54,309 nucleotides of DNA, taken from the NCBI GenBank assembly GCA_015055705.1, contig SVHR01000001.1:1-54309 (forward strand), in the 5' to 3' direction. The notes beneath the pieces were generated by a model, which did not search any database, had not been told where the DNA came from, and saw only the letters and a program-made list of their open reading frames with translations. The DNA comes from Clostridiales bacterium (GTDB lineage: Bacteria; Bacillota; Clostridia; Christensenellales; Pumilibacteraceae). Each line of letters starts with the position of its first letter. The first letter of the stretch is position 1. Below, one piece after another: positions 53,301 through 54,309 of the stretch. The position numbers and the translations under genes were made by a program.

Positions 53301-53483
53301 GGCTTTGAGGTTACCGACAGAATTATTATTTACTACAACACCGATGCGCAGGAAATTAAGGAAATTATGGCAAGCGGCGCTATTGCTAAGGACGTTCTTG
53401 CGGACAAGGTGGTTTGCGAGAGTCGCGGCAAGGAGTGGAATATCAACGGACTTGCCGTAAAGCTTGACGTGGAGCGCGTATGA
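50388..53483 (+). CDS. ileS: Isoleucine--tRNA ligase, type 2 (eukaryote-like) form
   Basis: PPTANGKPHIGH (HIGH) and KMSKHKGN (KMSKS). It has the CP1 editing insertion. At 1031 aa it lacks the C-terminal Zn-finger extension of type 1 enzymes. Confidence 0.95.
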   Translation: MYEKVNPNLDFVEREKEVIDFWNKNDVFALSMQQTEGGEEFSFYDGPPTANGKPHIGHILTRVMKDIVPRYKTMKGYHVLRKAGWDTHGLPVELEVEKKLGMDGKQDIEKYGIEPFIAQCKESVWKYKTEWEKMSERVGYWVDMDNPYITYNDNYIESVWWSLKEIAKKGLIYKGHKIVPYCPRCGTALSSHEVAQGYKDVEETTAIAKFKVVGEENTYILAWTTTPWTLPSNVALCMHPDYEYSKIQVGGEIYILAKELIPTIFEEYVTLETKLGKDYEYLAYEPLFDFYSGKEKRHYVVNDTYVTLTDGTGVVHIAPAFGEDDAQVGRRYGLPFVQLIDDRGTFVKEAGKYAGIFCKEADKEIIKELKERGLLLKTLKVTHSYPFCWRCDTPLLYYARSTWFIKTTELKNNLLKNNASVNWIPDAIGKGRMGNFLENVVDWGLSRDRYWGTPLPIWVCEDCGEIKVIGSKEELKKEGNIEGDIELHKPYVDSIELKCKCGGKMHRTPEVIDCWYDSGSMPFAQYHYPFENKEVFEKTFPADFISEAVDQTRGWFYTLLAISTLIFDKAPFKNCIVLGHVNDKNGVKMSKHKGNVVDPWSVLDKQGADAVRWYFYTTSQPWLPSRFSAEAVSEAQRKYLGTLWNTYSFYILYAEIDKFDPTKYDFNKVKFSLMDKWILSELNMLIRETDKLLNEYKITESARLISDFTDGLSNWYVRRCRERYWGSDMSDDKIAAYMTLNKVLVTLAGLTAPFTPFIAESIYQNIVRSVDKTAPVSVHLTRFPECDESFIDEKLCKEMKIAMEAAALGRAARNAANVKNRQPLGRVLLCGTSRISDGLMEVIRDELNVKHIEFISDAGEYVTYEVKPQLKTLGPKYGRLIGDIRSYLAANAEAVVKTVKANGVVEFTLGEATISLTEEDLLVGIINREGFASESAKGLTVILDTELNAELIKEGIARELVSKIQTMRKESGFEVTDRIIIYYNTDAQEIKEIMASGAIAKDVLADKVVCESRGKEWNINGLAVKLDVERV

Positions 53484-54309
53484 TAGCGTCGGGCTGGAAG
53501 GACTACGAGGTTATCGCTACCTCTTGCGGCGAAAAGCTGGAGCGTTGGGGGGACGTTTATTTGCTTCGTCCCGACCCGCAGGTTATCTGGAAGGGCAAGG
53601 AGCTTGCCTCTTTCGCTAAGCTCAACGCACACTATCACCGCAGTGAGTCGGGCGGCGGCAGATGGGAGTATCTTCGCAAGACTCCCGAAAGCTGGAACAT
53701 CTCGTACAAGGACCTTAAATTTATTATAAAGCCGATGGGGTTCAAGCATGTGGGGCTGTTCCCCGAGCAGGCGGCAAACTGGGATAAAATGAGCGACATT
53801 TTGCGCGGAAAAGAAGCCAACGTACTCAACTTATTCGGTTATACGGGCGGAGCAACCGTGGCGTGCGCTAAGGCAGGCGCTAAGGTTACGCACGTGGACG
53901 CGGCGAGAGCGATGGTGGATAGATGCAAGCAAAACGCCGAGCTCAGCGGCGTTGCATCCGACCGTATAAGATATATCGTTGACGACTGTATGAAGTTCGT
54001 TTCGCGCGAAATCAAGCGCGGCAAAAGGTACGACGCAATAATTATGGACCCGCCGTCCTACGGCAGAGGTCCAAACGGCGAAATGTGGAAAATCGAGGAT
54101 GGACTTTACGACCTAGTCAAGCTTACCACCGCCGTTCTCAGCGACAGTCCGCTGTTTTATCTAATCAACAGCTACACCACGGGGCTTCAGCCGTCCGTGC
54201 TTGACAATATGCTGTCGTTGCTGCTTCCAAGCGGCAAACACGAAGGATACGAGCTTTGCTTGCCCACAAGCGAAGGCATTGTTTTGCCGGCAGGAGCAAG
54301 CGGATTTTG
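53480..54309 (+). CDS. Class I SAM-dependent methyltransferase (RlmI/RlmK-like), 3' end outside the window
   Basis: ATG 53480 overlaps the ileS stop (ATGA). The frame is open to the window end and so is missing from the track. The SAM motif is NLFGYTGGATVACAKAG and the catalytic-region motif is IIMDPPSYGRG. Confidence 0.8.
   Translation, partial: MIASGWKDYEVIATSCGEKLERWGDVYLLRPDPQVIWKGKELASFAKLNAHYHRSESGGGRWEYLRKTPESWNISYKDLKFIIKPMGFKHVGLFPEQAANWDKMSDILRGKEANVLNLFGYTGGATVACAKAGAKVTHVDAARAMVDRCKQNAELSGVASDRIRYIVDDCMKFVSREIKRGKRYDAIIMDPPSYGRGPNGEMWKIEDGLYDLVKLTTAVLSDSPLFYLINSYTTGLQPSVLDNMLSLLLPSGKHEGYELCLPTSEGIVLPAGASGF

Noticed and set aside
1-54309. Search for mobile elements, prophage genes, tRNA/rRNA genes and toxin-immunity cassettes
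   Set aside because: No transposase, integrase, recombinase, phage structural or cas-like translations are in the track. No tRNA-like cloverleaf segments were noticed in the intergenic regions. The only RNA gene I can support is the SRP RNA.

Overview
This is a 54.3-kb chromosomal segment that looks like an endospore-forming Bacillota (Clostridia-type) genome. The evidence is spoIIE, addAB, a long Bacillus-type SRP RNA, GGAGG ribosome-binding sites and many TTGACA-17-TATAAT promoters. About 40 genes are supported, mostly on the + strand. The housekeeping core comprises a nudC-like fragment, a ZIP metal transporter, two RimK-like ATP-grasp ligases, a Dabb protein, an M18 aminopeptidase, a Mrp/NBP35 ATPase, a MATE exporter, spoIIE, a ROK glucokinase, fba, gap, addB/addA, a membrane pyrophosphatase, SRP RNA, type-2 ileS and an RlmI-like methyltransferase fragment. 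Accessory or poorly understood units are interspersed. (i) A 1102-aa Sel1-repeat protein is coupled to a zeta-toxin-like kinase, next to an XRE repressor whose palindromic operators sit on the promoter of a lipoprotein operon. (ii) There are three AT-rich BspA-type LRR surface proteins, one fused to a streptopain-like cysteine protease. (iii) An internally duplicated DUF1538 membrane protein is translationally coupled to two PII-like proteins. (iv) A truncated MocR regulator lies divergent from a UPF0340 protein and an ECF S-component. (v) A 1825-aa single-pass membrane protein carries five near-perfect 72-bp acidic repeats and a huge ectodomain that matches no family I recognise. (vi) A small cysteine-rich stand-alone SpaA/CnaB-like domain protein is present. 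I saw no rRNA, tRNA, CRISPR array, transposase, integrase or phage genes. Many long ORFs in the six-frame track are antisense shadows of real genes. All functional calls rest on motif recognition by eye and need HMM or covariance-model confirmation.
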